From positions 960,001 through 1,024,000 of the forward strand of contig CBDIIB010000005.1 of NCBI GenBank assembly GCA_965279525.1: a DNA stretch of 64,000 nt, given 5' to 3'. The translations under genes and the position numbers were made by a program. Position 1 is the first letter of the stretch, and each line of letters opens with the position of its first letter. The stretch comes from Tagaea sp. (GTDB taxonomy: Bacteria; Pseudomonadota; Alphaproteobacteria; CACIAM-22H2). Under the pieces are notes generated by a model that made no database searches, had not been told where the DNA came from, and saw nothing but the letters and a program-made list of their open reading frames with translations. Below are positions 31,001 through 41,400 of this stretch, in pieces.

Positions 31001-31477
31001 ATGGAGGAGTTCCTTTCCGGTCCCCTCATCGGCGACCGAGAAGTGCGGCGGCACGCCGGACTCGACCGGAAACCGCTTCAGAATCCCTTCGCAGAAAGAG
31101 TGGATCGTCTGGATGCGCAGGCTTCCGGGCGCATCGATGACCCGCGCGAACAGCGTGCGCGCGTGTCGAAGTTCGCCTGCTTCGGCCGCACGGCCGAGAC
31201 GGTCGAGAAGCTCGTCCGCGAGCGGCTTCTCGTCCAGCGTCGCCCACTTCGCAAGGAGCCTGGACAGCCGGTCGCGCATCTCGGCGGCGGCGGCCTTCGT
31301 GAAGGTCAGACACAGGATCGCCGACGGCCGCGCGCCCGCCAGCAGCAGGCGCACGATGCGCGAGGTCAGCACGTACGTCTTTCCCGAACCGGCATTGGCG
31401 ACGACCCAGACCGAATTGTCCGGATTTGCGGCGGCGCGCTGGTTGGCGAACCCGGCTTCGATGTCGCGCGCAGTCAT
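28097..31477 (-). CDS. addA: double-strand break repair helicase/nuclease AddA
   Basis: ANAGSGKT, LVDEAQDT, GDEKQSIFSFQGAD, TVHGAKGLE, YVAMTRARD, C-terminal IDRL...IDFKT nuclease. Confidence 0.95.
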   Translation of the reverse strand: MTARDIEAGFANQRAAANPDNSVWVVANAGSGKTYVLTSRIVRLLLAGARPSAILCLTFTKAAAAEMRDRLSRLLAKWATLDEKPLADELLDRLGRAAEAGELRHARTLFARVIDAPGSLRIQTIHSFCEGILKRFPVESGVPPHFSVADEGTGKELLHHAREILIADCAADPVLAEALKILSTWATEGGFRTAIDALLADRRRLRRLLDAKDGNVEAAVGDLHEALGVAPGETRGSAFAAHRADADMAALERAVAVLEAGKDSDKEIAASLKAALRADPPETGIDDWIAAFMTQTGKPRKRLATKGVEAAHPGTEAILLAEQARVGTLNDRLLAIMTAEPSAALLRLGAALFDRYDRLKKSRALLDYDDLILRAVALLKGTTPWVHYKLDGGIDHVLVDEAQDTAPEQWEAVGALIDEFFAGAGARESRPPRSVFVVGDEKQSIFSFQGADLATFERTRAAFQAKVGQRWAEVPLEVSFRSAPAVLDAVDHVFAIPDNRDGVVSGARTLMHRAHRAGAGGRVELWEPMLTAPSDPPSEWDAPVDYLSTEHPSVRLAARIADTVRQWIGVEDLPARGRKVRAGDVLVLVRRRNRFFEACVRAFKDAGVAVAGADRMVLADQIAVMDLLSLARFCLMPADDLALAEVLKSPLYGFDDDDLFALAWRRKRHLWATLRARADERTKWRAACDELTDMLSRADFVAPYELYAGLLNARDGRQRMLARLGPDAADPLDEFLAACLSYERAGAPSLQGFLAWFESGATDLKRDMEQGRDEVRVMTVHGAKGLEADIVFLPDTCTPPGARASVVWAGGLPLWPPRGTGAQKLVAAARAEISAREQAEYRRLLYVAMTRARDRLYVCGWAGDKGIGAGSWYARVAPALQAHPQAVEIDTPDGKVWRIEQSTRQIDGRAEVDAGNVVAAPLPLWARGKAAPAEPSPPRPLAPSRPESEPPVASPLGTGEGFAFLRGKLIHRLLQALPDLDAGARADAARRLLSRPAYGLTPAQVDELARETLAVLAHPEFAAAFDGPGLAEAAVVARLGGRALSGRIDRLVVRDDAVYVIDFKTNRPPPADVAGVAPVYLAQLAAYRAALMPLFEGRAIRCALLWTHAPRLMPIPPEFLDRHAPN

Positions 31478-34407
31478 TCGTCGTCCCCACCGTTCGCCCA
31501 TTCGCGCCAGCGCGCGAGGTGGTCGTAGTCACCGGGCCAGTCGACGAACTGCGGGCGCGGGCGAGAGAGATAGGGTTGTGCCGGATCGGCATAGGCCGCG
31601 ACGAGTCGGCGCAGGTCGCCGATCTGCCGGTCCGCAAGTGCGTCGGCATCGGGTGCATCCTTCGTCGGCACGACGACCTGGACGGCGCCCGGGTCGCGCG
31701 GAGCCCCGAGACGGAAATAGACGAGTTCCCGGATCGGGGCTGCCGGAAGGCCGTCGAAGCCGCCTGCCTTCGCGATCGCCGCCGTCAACGGGAGCTGCGG
31801 GGAAAGGCCGGAGACGACCTGCCGGACCGACGGCGGCTTTCCGGTCTTGTAATCGATGATGTCGAGCCGGCCGTGCGCATCGCGGTCGATCCGGTCGGCG
31901 CGCGCTTTCAGCATGAAGCCGCCCAGATCGAGCCGCCCTTTTTTCTCGACGACGCACGGGAAGATGCCGGCTCCACGACGGCGGCGCTCGTTGGCGACGA
32001 ACCAATTCGCGACCTCGACGAAACGCGGCCACCAGAACGCGGCGACGGCAGGCCGCGCCATATAGGGTGCGAACAGCTTCCGGCCGATCTCGACCAGCAG
32101 CGACTCCGCATCGCGCGGCAGAGCCCCGGGAAATTCGTTTGCGAACGTCTCGAGGGCCGCATGGAACAGGTTTCCGCGCTCGAGCGCATCGACGTCGGCG
32201 TCGATCGGCTTCAACGGCTCGAGGCCAAGGCAGTAGCGCGCATAGATCCAATAGGGATCGCGCAGCCATTTCTCGACGCTCGTCACGTAAAGCTTGCTCG
32301 GACGCGCTTCGACGGGCGGCGTCGGGTGCGGCGGAACGAGCGTCCTGCCCGCTTCGCCCGCACCGGCGATCTCCCGGTCCCAAGCGACGGCGTCGTGCGC
32401 AAGCGTGGCTTGCCAGCGCGCGTCGGCGCCCAGCAGCGCTTCGAGGCGCGACAGCCAGCGCGCCGGCAAAGTCGGCGTGCCGTCGATCTTGCGCGCGCGC
32501 GTCAGGATGACCTCGGGGCCGGCAAGCGCCTGCGCGAAATCGTGTGCGGCAAGTCCGATCTGGCGCTCGGGCGGCGAAAGTCCGACGCGTTCGCGCATCG
32601 GGCGCGACAGCCACGGATCGTCCCGCACTTCGCCCGGCCACACGCCTTCGACGAGCCCGCCGAGCACGACGCGATCCGCACTGACGAGGCGCGCTTCGAG
32701 CGTGCCGAGGATCGCCAGGCGCGGATGGCCGCCATGCGCCGGCCGGAACGGGACGCCGGCGAGCAGCGTTTCGAGGAAATCGGCGAACCGGGCCGGTTCG
32801 ATGGCGCCGAACAGTGGTGCCGCCTCGCGCAGGTCGCCGACGAAGCGCGCCAGCATTTCGCCTTCAGCACGTTCCCAAAGCTTCGCGCTTCCGTCCTCGC
32901 CGGTCGAAAGGCGTTCGGCTGCGCGCACATGCGCGTCGACGAGTGCTGAAAGGTCGTCGGATACGGACGCGACTGGTTCCAGTGCGGCTTCGAGCGCATC
33001 GACGAGCGCTTCAAGCCCATCGACGCCCTTGAGCGCGATCGTGGCGCGCAGGCCGGCGATTCCCGGTGCTGGCCGCGCACCGCGAAGCACCTTGCGGTCG
33101 AGCCGGCGCACGCCGGCGAGATGTGCTGCCCGTGTCTGCCCGAGCGAGACAAGCGGATGCTTGAGAAGTGCCAGGAGTGCAACGGGCGCAAGCCGCTCGT
33201 TCGCGGCGGCAGCCACAAGCCGCAGCAATGCCGCCGGCGGTGTGCGGCCGAGCGGCCGGCCCGCCGTATCGTCGATATCGATTCCCCAGCGCGCGAGCTT
33301 GGCCGCAACGCGACGTGCAAGATTGCGATCGGCGGTGACCAGCGCTGCCGTCCGGCCCGGCGTTTCCAGTGTCTCGCGCAGCAGCAGTGCGACCGCCCCG
33401 GCCTCGCCGTCGGCATCGCCGGCTTCGAGACGGGACAGCCCGGCGAAGGCCGCATCGTCGAACGGCGCGGTCGTGCGCCAGGATCCGGTCGCCGGTGCGG
33501 GCAGCATCGCACATGCGATCAGGCCCGTGCGCGGCATCGCCTTCGTTTCCGGCCAACCCTGTACATCTTCGCGCAACACTTCCATGCGGCGCAGCAGCTG
33601 GTGCAGGCCGTATTGCGGGTGGGCCGGATCGATGCCGATCGCTTCCCAGGTCGCGGCGTCGGCATCGCGATCGAGGCCGGGCAGAACGACCGCTCCTTCC
33701 GGCAGGCGCGCGATCGTCGACAGCAGGTGGGCGGTCGCCGGCACCGAACCGGTCGAGCCGGCCGCCCAGATCGGCCCCGGCGGGCGGGCGGTCCAGTGGG
33801 CGGCGAGTGCACGCACCAGCCGCACGCGGCGCGCCTGCGGGTCCATCTGGCCGCGCTCGGCAAGTATGCGCGGCCACGCTTCGCGCAGGATGTCGAGGAA
33901 CGCGAGCGTCTGCGCCCAGTGGGATGCGTAGTCCGCCGGAACGAGATCCGCGAAGGCGTCGAAGCCGACTTCCTCGATTTGCAGCGCATCGAGCAGCTCG
34001 GCGAGCGCACCGGCAAGCTTCAGGGCTGCCGCGGGCGACGGGGCGATGTCCTCGCGCGCGGCGACGAGCCGGGCCAGCAGCAGGCTGCGCGCCAGTGGAT
34101 CGATCGCCGGCGGCAGCTCGGCGTCGAGTGCGGCCGCACTTCCCGTGAGGACCAGCTCGTCTTCGTCCACGTCGCCGATGGCCGCCAGACGCGGCAGCAG
34201 CATCGGCTTTCCGTCGCCGGCCACGAGAAACGCCTCGCCCAACGCGCGCACCGCGCGCCGGTTGGGCAGCAGCACCGTCGCGCGCGCGAGTACCAGCGGA
34301 TCGTCGCCGAGGGCGGCGCGGATGCCGGCCGCGAGGGCGGCCAGGAACGGCACGCCCGGCGGGATCGAGAAGATTCGCGCGGGCCCTGCCGGCGTGCCTT
34401 GCGTCAC
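31474..34407 (-). CDS. addB: double-strand break repair protein AddB
   Basis: LLPNRRA, AGSTGS, HPQY, RDPY.IYA, RADRID...IIDYKTG, YDHLAR. Confidence 0.93.
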   Translation of the reverse strand: MTQGTPAGPARIFSIPPGVPFLAALAAGIRAALGDDPLVLARATVLLPNRRAVRALGEAFLVAGDGKPMLLPRLAAIGDVDEDELVLTGSAAALDAELPPAIDPLARSLLLARLVAAREDIAPSPAAALKLAGALAELLDALQIEEVGFDAFADLVPADYASHWAQTLAFLDILREAWPRILAERGQMDPQARRVRLVRALAAHWTARPPGPIWAAGSTGSVPATAHLLSTIARLPEGAVVLPGLDRDADAATWEAIGIDPAHPQYGLHQLLRRMEVLREDVQGWPETKAMPRTGLIACAMLPAPATGSWRTTAPFDDAAFAGLSRLEAGDADGEAGAVALLLRETLETPGRTAALVTADRNLARRVAAKLARWGIDIDDTAGRPLGRTPPAALLRLVAAAANERLAPVALLALLKHPLVSLGQTRAAHLAGVRRLDRKVLRGARPAPGIAGLRATIALKGVDGLEALVDALEAALEPVASVSDDLSALVDAHVRAAERLSTGEDGSAKLWERAEGEMLARFVGDLREAAPLFGAIEPARFADFLETLLAGVPFRPAHGGHPRLAILGTLEARLVSADRVVLGGLVEGVWPGEVRDDPWLSRPMRERVGLSPPERQIGLAAHDFAQALAGPEVILTRARKIDGTPTLPARWLSRLEALLGADARWQATLAHDAVAWDREIAGAGEAGRTLVPPHPTPPVEARPSKLYVTSVEKWLRDPYWIYARYCLGLEPLKPIDADVDALERGNLFHAALETFANEFPGALPRDAESLLVEIGRKLFAPYMARPAVAAFWWPRFVEVANWFVANERRRRGAGIFPCVVEKKGRLDLGGFMLKARADRIDRDAHGRLDIIDYKTGKPPSVRQVVSGLSPQLPLTAAIAKAGGFDGLPAAPIRELVYFRLGAPRDPGAVQVVVPTKDAPDADALADRQIGDLRRLVAAYADPAQPYLSRPRPQFVDWPGDYDHLARWREWANGGDDE

Positions 34408-35126
34408 GACCGCGCGCGCCGCCAGCCCAGATCGAACTCGGTCTGCGCCACGCTCTCGGGCGTGCCGACATGGAACCACAGGCCGTCGTGCGGCATGGCG
34501 CGCAGGCGGCCGTCGGCCTCCGCCGCGTCGTAGAGGAGATTGAGAGAAAAGCGCCCGGGGGCAAGGCCCGCGAAGCGGCGCGGATGCAGTATCTGCACGC
34601 CGGCATAGACGAAGGGGGCAACCTCGTTGCCCTTGCGACGGCGCGCCTTGCCGACCGGATCGACGAAATAGTCGCCCCGGCCCTCGTAGCCTTGCGCCGT
34701 CGCCGCCGACTGCGTCAGCAGCAGCACGTCGCTGTTCGCCTCGTTCCAGATGCGCGCGAGACGCTTGAGAGCGGGCGTGGGTCCGTCGAACCACAGGACG
34801 TCGGCATTGGCACAGTAGAATGGCCGCTCGCCGATCAGCTTCAGCGCGTTGAGCACGCCCCCGCCGGTCTCGAGCAACTCGGCTTCCGGTGACAGCACGA
34901 TCTCGACGTCGGTGCGTGCCTTGAGGTGCGCTTCCAGCGTCGAGCGATGATGGTGGATGTTGACGATCACGCGTTTGACGCCGGCCTCGATCATCCGGTC
35001 GATGACGCGGTCGATCAGCGTACGCCCCGCGACCGGCACCAGGGGCTTGGGCAGCGTGTCGGTCAGCGGGCGCATGCGTTTGCCGAGGCCGGCTGCCAGC
35101 ACCATCGCGGTCTCGATCGGCTTCAT
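34404..35126 (-). CDS. murU: nucleotidyltransferase (MurNAc-1-P uridylyltransferase-like)
   Basis: LAAGLGKRMRPLT..PKPL, LETGGG, WFHVGTP; adjacent to amgK. Confidence 0.85.
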   Translation of the reverse strand: MKPIETAMVLAAGLGKRMRPLTDTLPKPLVPVAGRTLIDRVIDRMIEAGVKRVIVNIHHHRSTLEAHLKARTDVEIVLSPEAELLETGGGVLNALKLIGERPFYCANADVLWFDGPTPALKRLARIWNEANSDVLLLTQSAATAQGYEGRGDYFVDPVGKARRRKGNEVAPFVYAGVQILHPRRFAGLAPGRFSLNLLYDAAEADGRLRAMPHDGLWFHVGTPESVAQTEFDLGWRRARS

Positions 35127-36130
35127 GGCACTTCCTCGAAAGCCGGGGCGATCCGCCATGCGGCCGGCACGTTGTCGTCGAACCAGTCGCGCAGCCCGGC
35201 CAGGGCCGGATGGGCAAGATTGCCTTCCAGCAGGCGCCAGACGCGCGGGATGTGTTTGAGATACTGCGGCTTGCCGTCGCGGCGCGCCAGCCGGACGAAG
35301 ATGCCGACGATTTTGGCGTTGCGCTGTGCCGCCATCACGGTCATCGCCGTGGCGAAGGCCTCGCGCGGCAGTTCGGGGAACGCGTCGAGATAGCGGGCAA
35401 TGCAGGCCCCTGCGACCGCCGGATCGACGTCGCGGCGCGCGTCCTCGACGAGGCTTGCCAGATCGTAGGCGCGCGGGCCGATCAGCGCGTCCTGGAAATC
35501 GAGCAGGCCGCAGCCGGCAATCCCCGTGCGGTCGGGCAGGCGCACGAGATTGTCGACATGATAGTCGCGCAGCACGAGGCCGGGCGCACCCACGCGCGCC
35601 AGCGGATAGACGCCGCGCCACGCCGCAAGATAGGCGCGCACGTCGCCGTCCGCCACGGGCGCCCCGCGCCAGGCCGGCAGGAACCAGTCGACGAGCAGGC
35701 TCGCCTCGCGGTCGAGTACCGCGTCGTCATAGGCGGGCACGTCGACCTTGGTCTGGGCCGGATGGCGATGCAGCGCCACCAACGTATCGACGGCAAGCGA
35801 ATAGAGCCCGCCTTCGTCCGCACCGCCGGCAAGGGCGCGCGTGAAGGTCTCGTCGCCGAAATCCTCGAGCAGCAGGAAACCCGCGTGCGTGTCCTTGGCC
35901 AGGATGCGCGGTGCTGAAAGGCCCAGTGCTGCCAGATGGGCGGCGATCGCCGCAAACGGCCGCACGTCTTCGCGCGGCGGTGGCGCGTCCATCAGCACCG
36001 CGCGGCGCTTGCCGTCGCTCAGGCGGAAATAGTGGCGGAAGCTCGCGTCGCCCGCGAGCGGCACCGGGTCGATGCCGGTCCAACCGTACGAATCGAGGAA
36101 AAGCCGGGATGCGGCGCGCGCCTCAAACAT
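35123..36130 (-). CDS. amgK: aminoglycoside phosphotransferase-family anomeric sugar kinase
   Basis: GDASFRHYFR, LLEDFGD, RDYHVDNL, LDFQDA. Confidence 0.85.
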   Translation of the reverse strand: MFEARAASRLFLDSYGWTGIDPVPLAGDASFRHYFRLSDGKRRAVLMDAPPPREDVRPFAAIAAHLAALGLSAPRILAKDTHAGFLLLEDFGDETFTRALAGGADEGGLYSLAVDTLVALHRHPAQTKVDVPAYDDAVLDREASLLVDWFLPAWRGAPVADGDVRAYLAAWRGVYPLARVGAPGLVLRDYHVDNLVRLPDRTGIAGCGLLDFQDALIGPRAYDLASLVEDARRDVDPAVAGACIARYLDAFPELPREAFATAMTVMAAQRNAKIVGIFVRLARRDGKPQYLKHIPRVWRLLEGNLAHPALAGLRDWFDDNVPAAWRIAPAFEEVP

Positions 36131-36599
36131 CCGCGCTCTCCAGCCGGGCCGCCCAGCTGCCGTGCCCTTCGAGACGGGCCTCGCGTGCCGATGGCGTGGC
36201 GCCGGACGACAGCTTCACGTCGAGCCGGTCGGCCGGGAGGATGTCGCCCAGACGGACCGGCCATTCGACCAGCACGATCGCGTCGGCAATCGCTTCCTCC
36301 CAGCCGAGTTCCCAGACGTCCTCCGGCGTGCCGAGCCGGTAGAGATCGAAATGCCAGACCGGCCCGCCCGGCAGGTCGTAGGTCTGCACGAGCGTGAAAG
36401 TCGGGCTCGGTACCTCGGTCGGCGTCCCGGCCCGGGCGGTCACGAAAGCGCGCGCGAAGCTGGTCTTGCCCATGCCCAGATCGCCCCACAGCGCCAGCAC
36501 GTCGCTTTTGCGTGCGACGGCAGCCAGCCGCCCGGCAAGGGCGGCGGTCGCGTCCTCGTCGGCAAGCGGGCGGTTGCGAATCGACAGGGGTGTCGCCAT
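36123..36599 (-). CDS. tsaE: tRNA threonylcarbamoyladenosine biosynthesis ATPase
   Basis: GDLGMGKTSFAR, VPSPTFTLVQ, HFDLYRL, VEWP. Confidence 0.94.
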   Translation of the reverse strand: MATPLSIRNRPLADEDATAALAGRLAAVARKSDVLALWGDLGMGKTSFARAFVTARAGTPTEVPSPTFTLVQTYDLPGGPVWHFDLYRLGTPEDVWELGWEEAIADAIVLVEWPVRLGDILPADRLDVKLSSGATPSAREARLEGHGSWAARLESADV

Positions 36600-36696
36600 G
36601 CCCCCGTTCTACAGGGGCCGAAATGCATTGAAAACCCGCCCGAGGCCGCTATCAATTGCCTTTTCCCCAAGCCGGTCCCGGAGCCTGCCCCCGTCC

Positions 36697-37710
36697 ATGT
36701 CCGAAACCCACACAACCGACGTCGCGATCATCGGAGCAGGCCCCGTAGGCCTGTTCGCCGTCTTCGAATGCGGCATGCTCAAGATGCGCTGCCACGTGAT
36801 CGACGCGCTGGAAATGGCCGGCGGGCAGTGTGCCGCCCTCTATCCGGAGAAGCCGATCTACGACATTCCCGGCTATCCCAAGGTGGGCGCGCTCGAGTTG
36901 ATCGAGAACCTGCAAGCCCAGGCCGCCCCGTTCGCACCCGCGTACCATCTCGGTCAACGGGTCGAGAAACTGGTCCGCGACGGCGAATACTGGCAGCTCG
37001 AATCCGCCTCGGGCACGAAGATCCGCGCCAAGGCCGTCATCCTTGCCGCAGGCGTGGGCGCCTTTGGCCCCAACAAGCCGCCGCTCGCCCGCATCGACGA
37101 ATTCGAGAACCGGGGCGTCCATTATTTCGTCCAGCGGCGCGAAGAGTTCCGCGGCAAGCGCGTGGCCATCGCCGGGGGCGGCGATTCCGCCCTCGACTGG
37201 ACGCTGTCGCTTGCCGACGTCGCAGCGCGCGTGATGGTCATCCACCGGCGCGACAAGTTCCGCGGCGCGCCCGACACGGTCGACAAGGTGATGGCGCTCG
37301 CCAAGGCCGGCAAGATCGATCTGGTCACCCCCTACCAGCTCGAAGGGCTGGAGGGCGAGCCGGGCGCTCTCACGCATGTCGTGCTCAAGGATCTCGACGG
37401 CAACATCCGCAAGCTCGAAGCCGATGCACTTCTGGCCTTCTTCGGGCTGGCGATGAATCTGGGGCCGATCGCCACATGGGGCCTCGACCTTGTAAAGGGT
37501 AACATCTCGGTCGAACCGTCGACCTGTGAGACCTCGTCGCCCGGCATCTTCGCCATCGGCGACATCGCGCAGTATCCGGGCAAGCTCAAGCTGATCCTGC
37601 AGGGCTTCGCCGAGGCCGCGATGGCGGCACACGCCTGCCACAAGCTCGTGCATCCGGGCGAAGTGCTGCATTTCGAGTATTCGACGACCAAGGGCGTGCC
37701 CGCCGCCTGA
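36697..37710 (+). CDS. TrxB-like ferredoxin--NADP+ reductase
   Basis: GAGPVG, LYPEKPIYDIPG, GGGDSALDW, YPGKLKLILQGFAEAA; no CxxC. Confidence 0.88.
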   Translation: MSETHTTDVAIIGAGPVGLFAVFECGMLKMRCHVIDALEMAGGQCAALYPEKPIYDIPGYPKVGALELIENLQAQAAPFAPAYHLGQRVEKLVRDGEYWQLESASGTKIRAKAVILAAGVGAFGPNKPPLARIDEFENRGVHYFVQRREEFRGKRVAIAGGGDSALDWTLSLADVAARVMVIHRRDKFRGAPDTVDKVMALAKAGKIDLVTPYQLEGLEGEPGALTHVVLKDLDGNIRKLEADALLAFFGLAMNLGPIATWGLDLVKGNISVEPSTCETSSPGIFAIGDIAQYPGKLKLILQGFAEAAMAAHACHKLVHPGEVLHFEYSTTKGVPAA

Positions 37711-37714
37711 AGCG

Positions 37715-39751
37715 TCAGTCGTCCGCCGCGACCGCGCGTTCGCCCGGTACCCACAGCGGCAGCCGGCACGTGACGGTCGTGCCTTCGCCGGGCACGGACA
37801 CGAGATCGATCGTGCCGCCGTGCAGCTCGACGATGCGCTTGACCAGCGACAGGCCGAGCCCCGCCCCCATGCGCCGCGCGTCGGGGGCCGCACCGCGCTC
37901 GAATTCCTTGAACACGCGCGCCTGGTCGGCGATCGGGATGCCAACGCCATTGTCGGCGACCTCGAGCGAGACCATGCGCTCGTCCGCATGCGCCGAAAGC
38001 CGCACCACCCCGCCGGGCGGCGTGAACTTGAGCGCGTTGGAGACGAGATTGCACATCGCCTGCTTCAGGCGCCGCTCGTCGCCACGCAAGCGCGGAACCC
38101 GGGCGCGCACCACGTCGAGCTTCAGTTCGCGCTCGCGCGCGAGATCGCCCATGATCTGGGCGGCGTCGGCCAGCATCTCGACCGGATCGACGGCGGCCAG
38201 TTCCAGCGTCATGCGGCCCGCGTCGATCGAGGCGAGATCGAGGATGTCGTTGATGATCGCCAGCAGACGTTCCGACGCGGTCAGGATGTCGGCACAGTAT
38301 TCGCCCTGGCGCTTGTTGAGATCGCCGAAATACTGCTTCGACAGCAGCTCGGCGAACCCGATGATCGTGTTGAGCGGCGTGCGCAGCTCGTAGGACACGG
38401 TCGAAATGAACTCGGATTTGAGCCGGTCGGCGGCTTCCAGCGCTTCGGCGCGCTCGCGCAGCGCCTGCTCGACACGCACCTTGTCGGTCACGTCCACGTA
38501 GGAAAGCTGCGTGGCGCCGTCGGGCAGCGGAACGAGCGCGTAGTCGAGCACGCGCCCGTCGGTGCGCTCGATGCGCGCATTGGCGGCATCGCGCGAGGTC
38601 AGGTTCTCGACGAGGCGCTCCTTCAGCGACGACCAGTCGATGTCGGCAGGATAGAAGGCGCGCATGCGCTCGACGACGTCGGCGATATGCGGCTCGGCGA
38701 TCAGGGCGGCGTCGGGGATGTCCCAGATGCGCGCGAAAGCCGGATTGTGGAGCTTGAGCCGCCCGTCCGAACCGAACACCGCCACGCCTTCGTAGAGATT
38801 GTCGAGCGTGGCCCGCTGGACCGCGATCAGCGTGTTGTACGAGCGCTCGAGCACGAGACGGTCGGTCACGTCCTCGAACGCGAACAGCAGCCCGCCCAGC
38901 GGGTGTGGCATACAGCGCTCGCGCAGCGTCGTGCCGTCGGGCAGGTACATCAGCTCGTCGAACGATTCGAAAATCGTGTCGAACAGCTTGAGCCGCTGGC
39001 GCTTGAACATGCGGAAGTCGGCGACCTCCGGCAGGCGCCGGCGCTCGCGCAGGTTCTCGAGGATTTCGCCGTATTCCGGCTCACCGGACAGCCACGCCTC
39101 GTCGGCGCGCCACAGGCGCGCATAGGCGCTGTTGAAGTATTTGAGCCGCTTGTCGGCGCCGAAGATGCCGATGGCGACGGGCATCGTCTCGAGGACCGCG
39201 CCCTGTGCGGCGATATGGCGGGCAAGCTCGATGCCCGCATCTTCCCGCTCTGTCTGGTCGACGGCCATGCCGACCGTGCCGCCGTCGGGCAATGGCGCTT
39301 CGACGAACTCGTAGAGGCGCCGGGCACCCGACACGACGATGTGCTCGGCCTCGCTCTGTGCCGTGCGCGCGGCAAGCGCAAGGCGCGCCAGTGCTGCAAG
39401 CCGGCGCGACAGGGCGGGCCCGCCGATGCCGTCGCTGCCGGCCAGCAGTTTCTCGCGCTCGACGTCGGCCGCCAGCGCATAGGCCGAATTGCACCACACG
39501 AGCCGCTGCTCGCCGTCGCGCCGCCACAGCGGGAGGGGAAGCGCGTCGAGGGCCGCCTCGATCCGTCTTGCCGTGTCTTCGGCCGCTTCGCGCTCGGCGC
39601 GCAGAAGATTGGTGCGCACGGAAAGCTCGTTGCGGGAAATCTCGGCCGCACGGGCACGTGCGGTCTCGGCGCGCAGACGCTGCAGCAGGAAAAGGCATCC
39701 CGCCCCGCCCAGCCCCAGCCCCGTCGCCAGTCCCGTCAGAAGTTCGTTCAC
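37715..39751 (-). CDS. divL: PAS-domain pseudo-histidine kinase DivL
   Basis: PAS repeats; H-box with Tyr instead of His (VSYELRTPLNTIIGF); NALKFT and GLGL; ahcY-divL-tsaE context. Confidence 0.88.
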   Translation of the reverse strand: MNELLTGLATGLGLGGAGCLFLLQRLRAETARARAAEISRNELSVRTNLLRAEREAAEDTARRIEAALDALPLPLWRRDGEQRLVWCNSAYALAADVEREKLLAGSDGIGGPALSRRLAALARLALAARTAQSEAEHIVVSGARRLYEFVEAPLPDGGTVGMAVDQTEREDAGIELARHIAAQGAVLETMPVAIGIFGADKRLKYFNSAYARLWRADEAWLSGEPEYGEILENLRERRRLPEVADFRMFKRQRLKLFDTIFESFDELMYLPDGTTLRERCMPHPLGGLLFAFEDVTDRLVLERSYNTLIAVQRATLDNLYEGVAVFGSDGRLKLHNPAFARIWDIPDAALIAEPHIADVVERMRAFYPADIDWSSLKERLVENLTSRDAANARIERTDGRVLDYALVPLPDGATQLSYVDVTDKVRVEQALRERAEALEAADRLKSEFISTVSYELRTPLNTIIGFAELLSKQYFGDLNKRQGEYCADILTASERLLAIINDILDLASIDAGRMTLELAAVDPVEMLADAAQIMGDLARERELKLDVVRARVPRLRGDERRLKQAMCNLVSNALKFTPPGGVVRLSAHADERMVSLEVADNGVGIPIADQARVFKEFERGAAPDARRMGAGLGLSLVKRIVELHGGTIDLVSVPGEGTTVTCRLPLWVPGERAVAADD

Positions 39752-39805
39752 GCCGCCATCCTAGACGAAGGCCGCGAGTCGGAGCGAGGGGGACGCAAAA
39801 CGGCA

Positions 39806-39835
39806 ACGGCCGGAGCCCTTGCGGGCCCCGGCCGT
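39806..39835 (-). terminator. hairpin/terminator after ahcY
   Basis: Minus strand ACGGCCGGGGCCC-GCAA-GGGCTCCGGCCGT followed by TGCCGTTTT. Confidence 0.6.
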
Positions 39836-39864
39836 GACTTCCCGCCCCTGAAGGGCGATATCGT

Positions 39865-41262
<1,398 letters not shown>

Positions 41263-41332
41263 GGGAATGGAGGCTCCGGAAGAAAGAGGGCGCCGTTCAA
41301 CGGGCGGATTCGCTGGAAAATTCCGAGGGCGC

Positions 41333-41361
41333 CTTATACCGGCCCCGGCGCACCCCCTCAA
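41333..41361 (-). promoter_or_regulatory. sigma70 promoter of ahcY
   Basis: Minus strand TTGAGG-N17-TATAAG. Confidence 0.6.
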
Positions 41362-41400
41362 TCGGTTTCGGGGATGTCGCCTAAGCCACTGAAAACGCGT

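Noticed and set aside
38370-38410. Histidine kinase with Tyr replacing the phospho-His
   Set aside because: This is the known hallmark of DivL, not a novelty.
41263-41400. Possible SAH riboswitch upstream of ahcY (AACGGCGCCC resembles its 3' strand)
   Set aside because: The 5' core (GAGGAGCGCUGC...AGGCUC) is absent, and a sigma70 promoter explains the region while leaving too short a leader.
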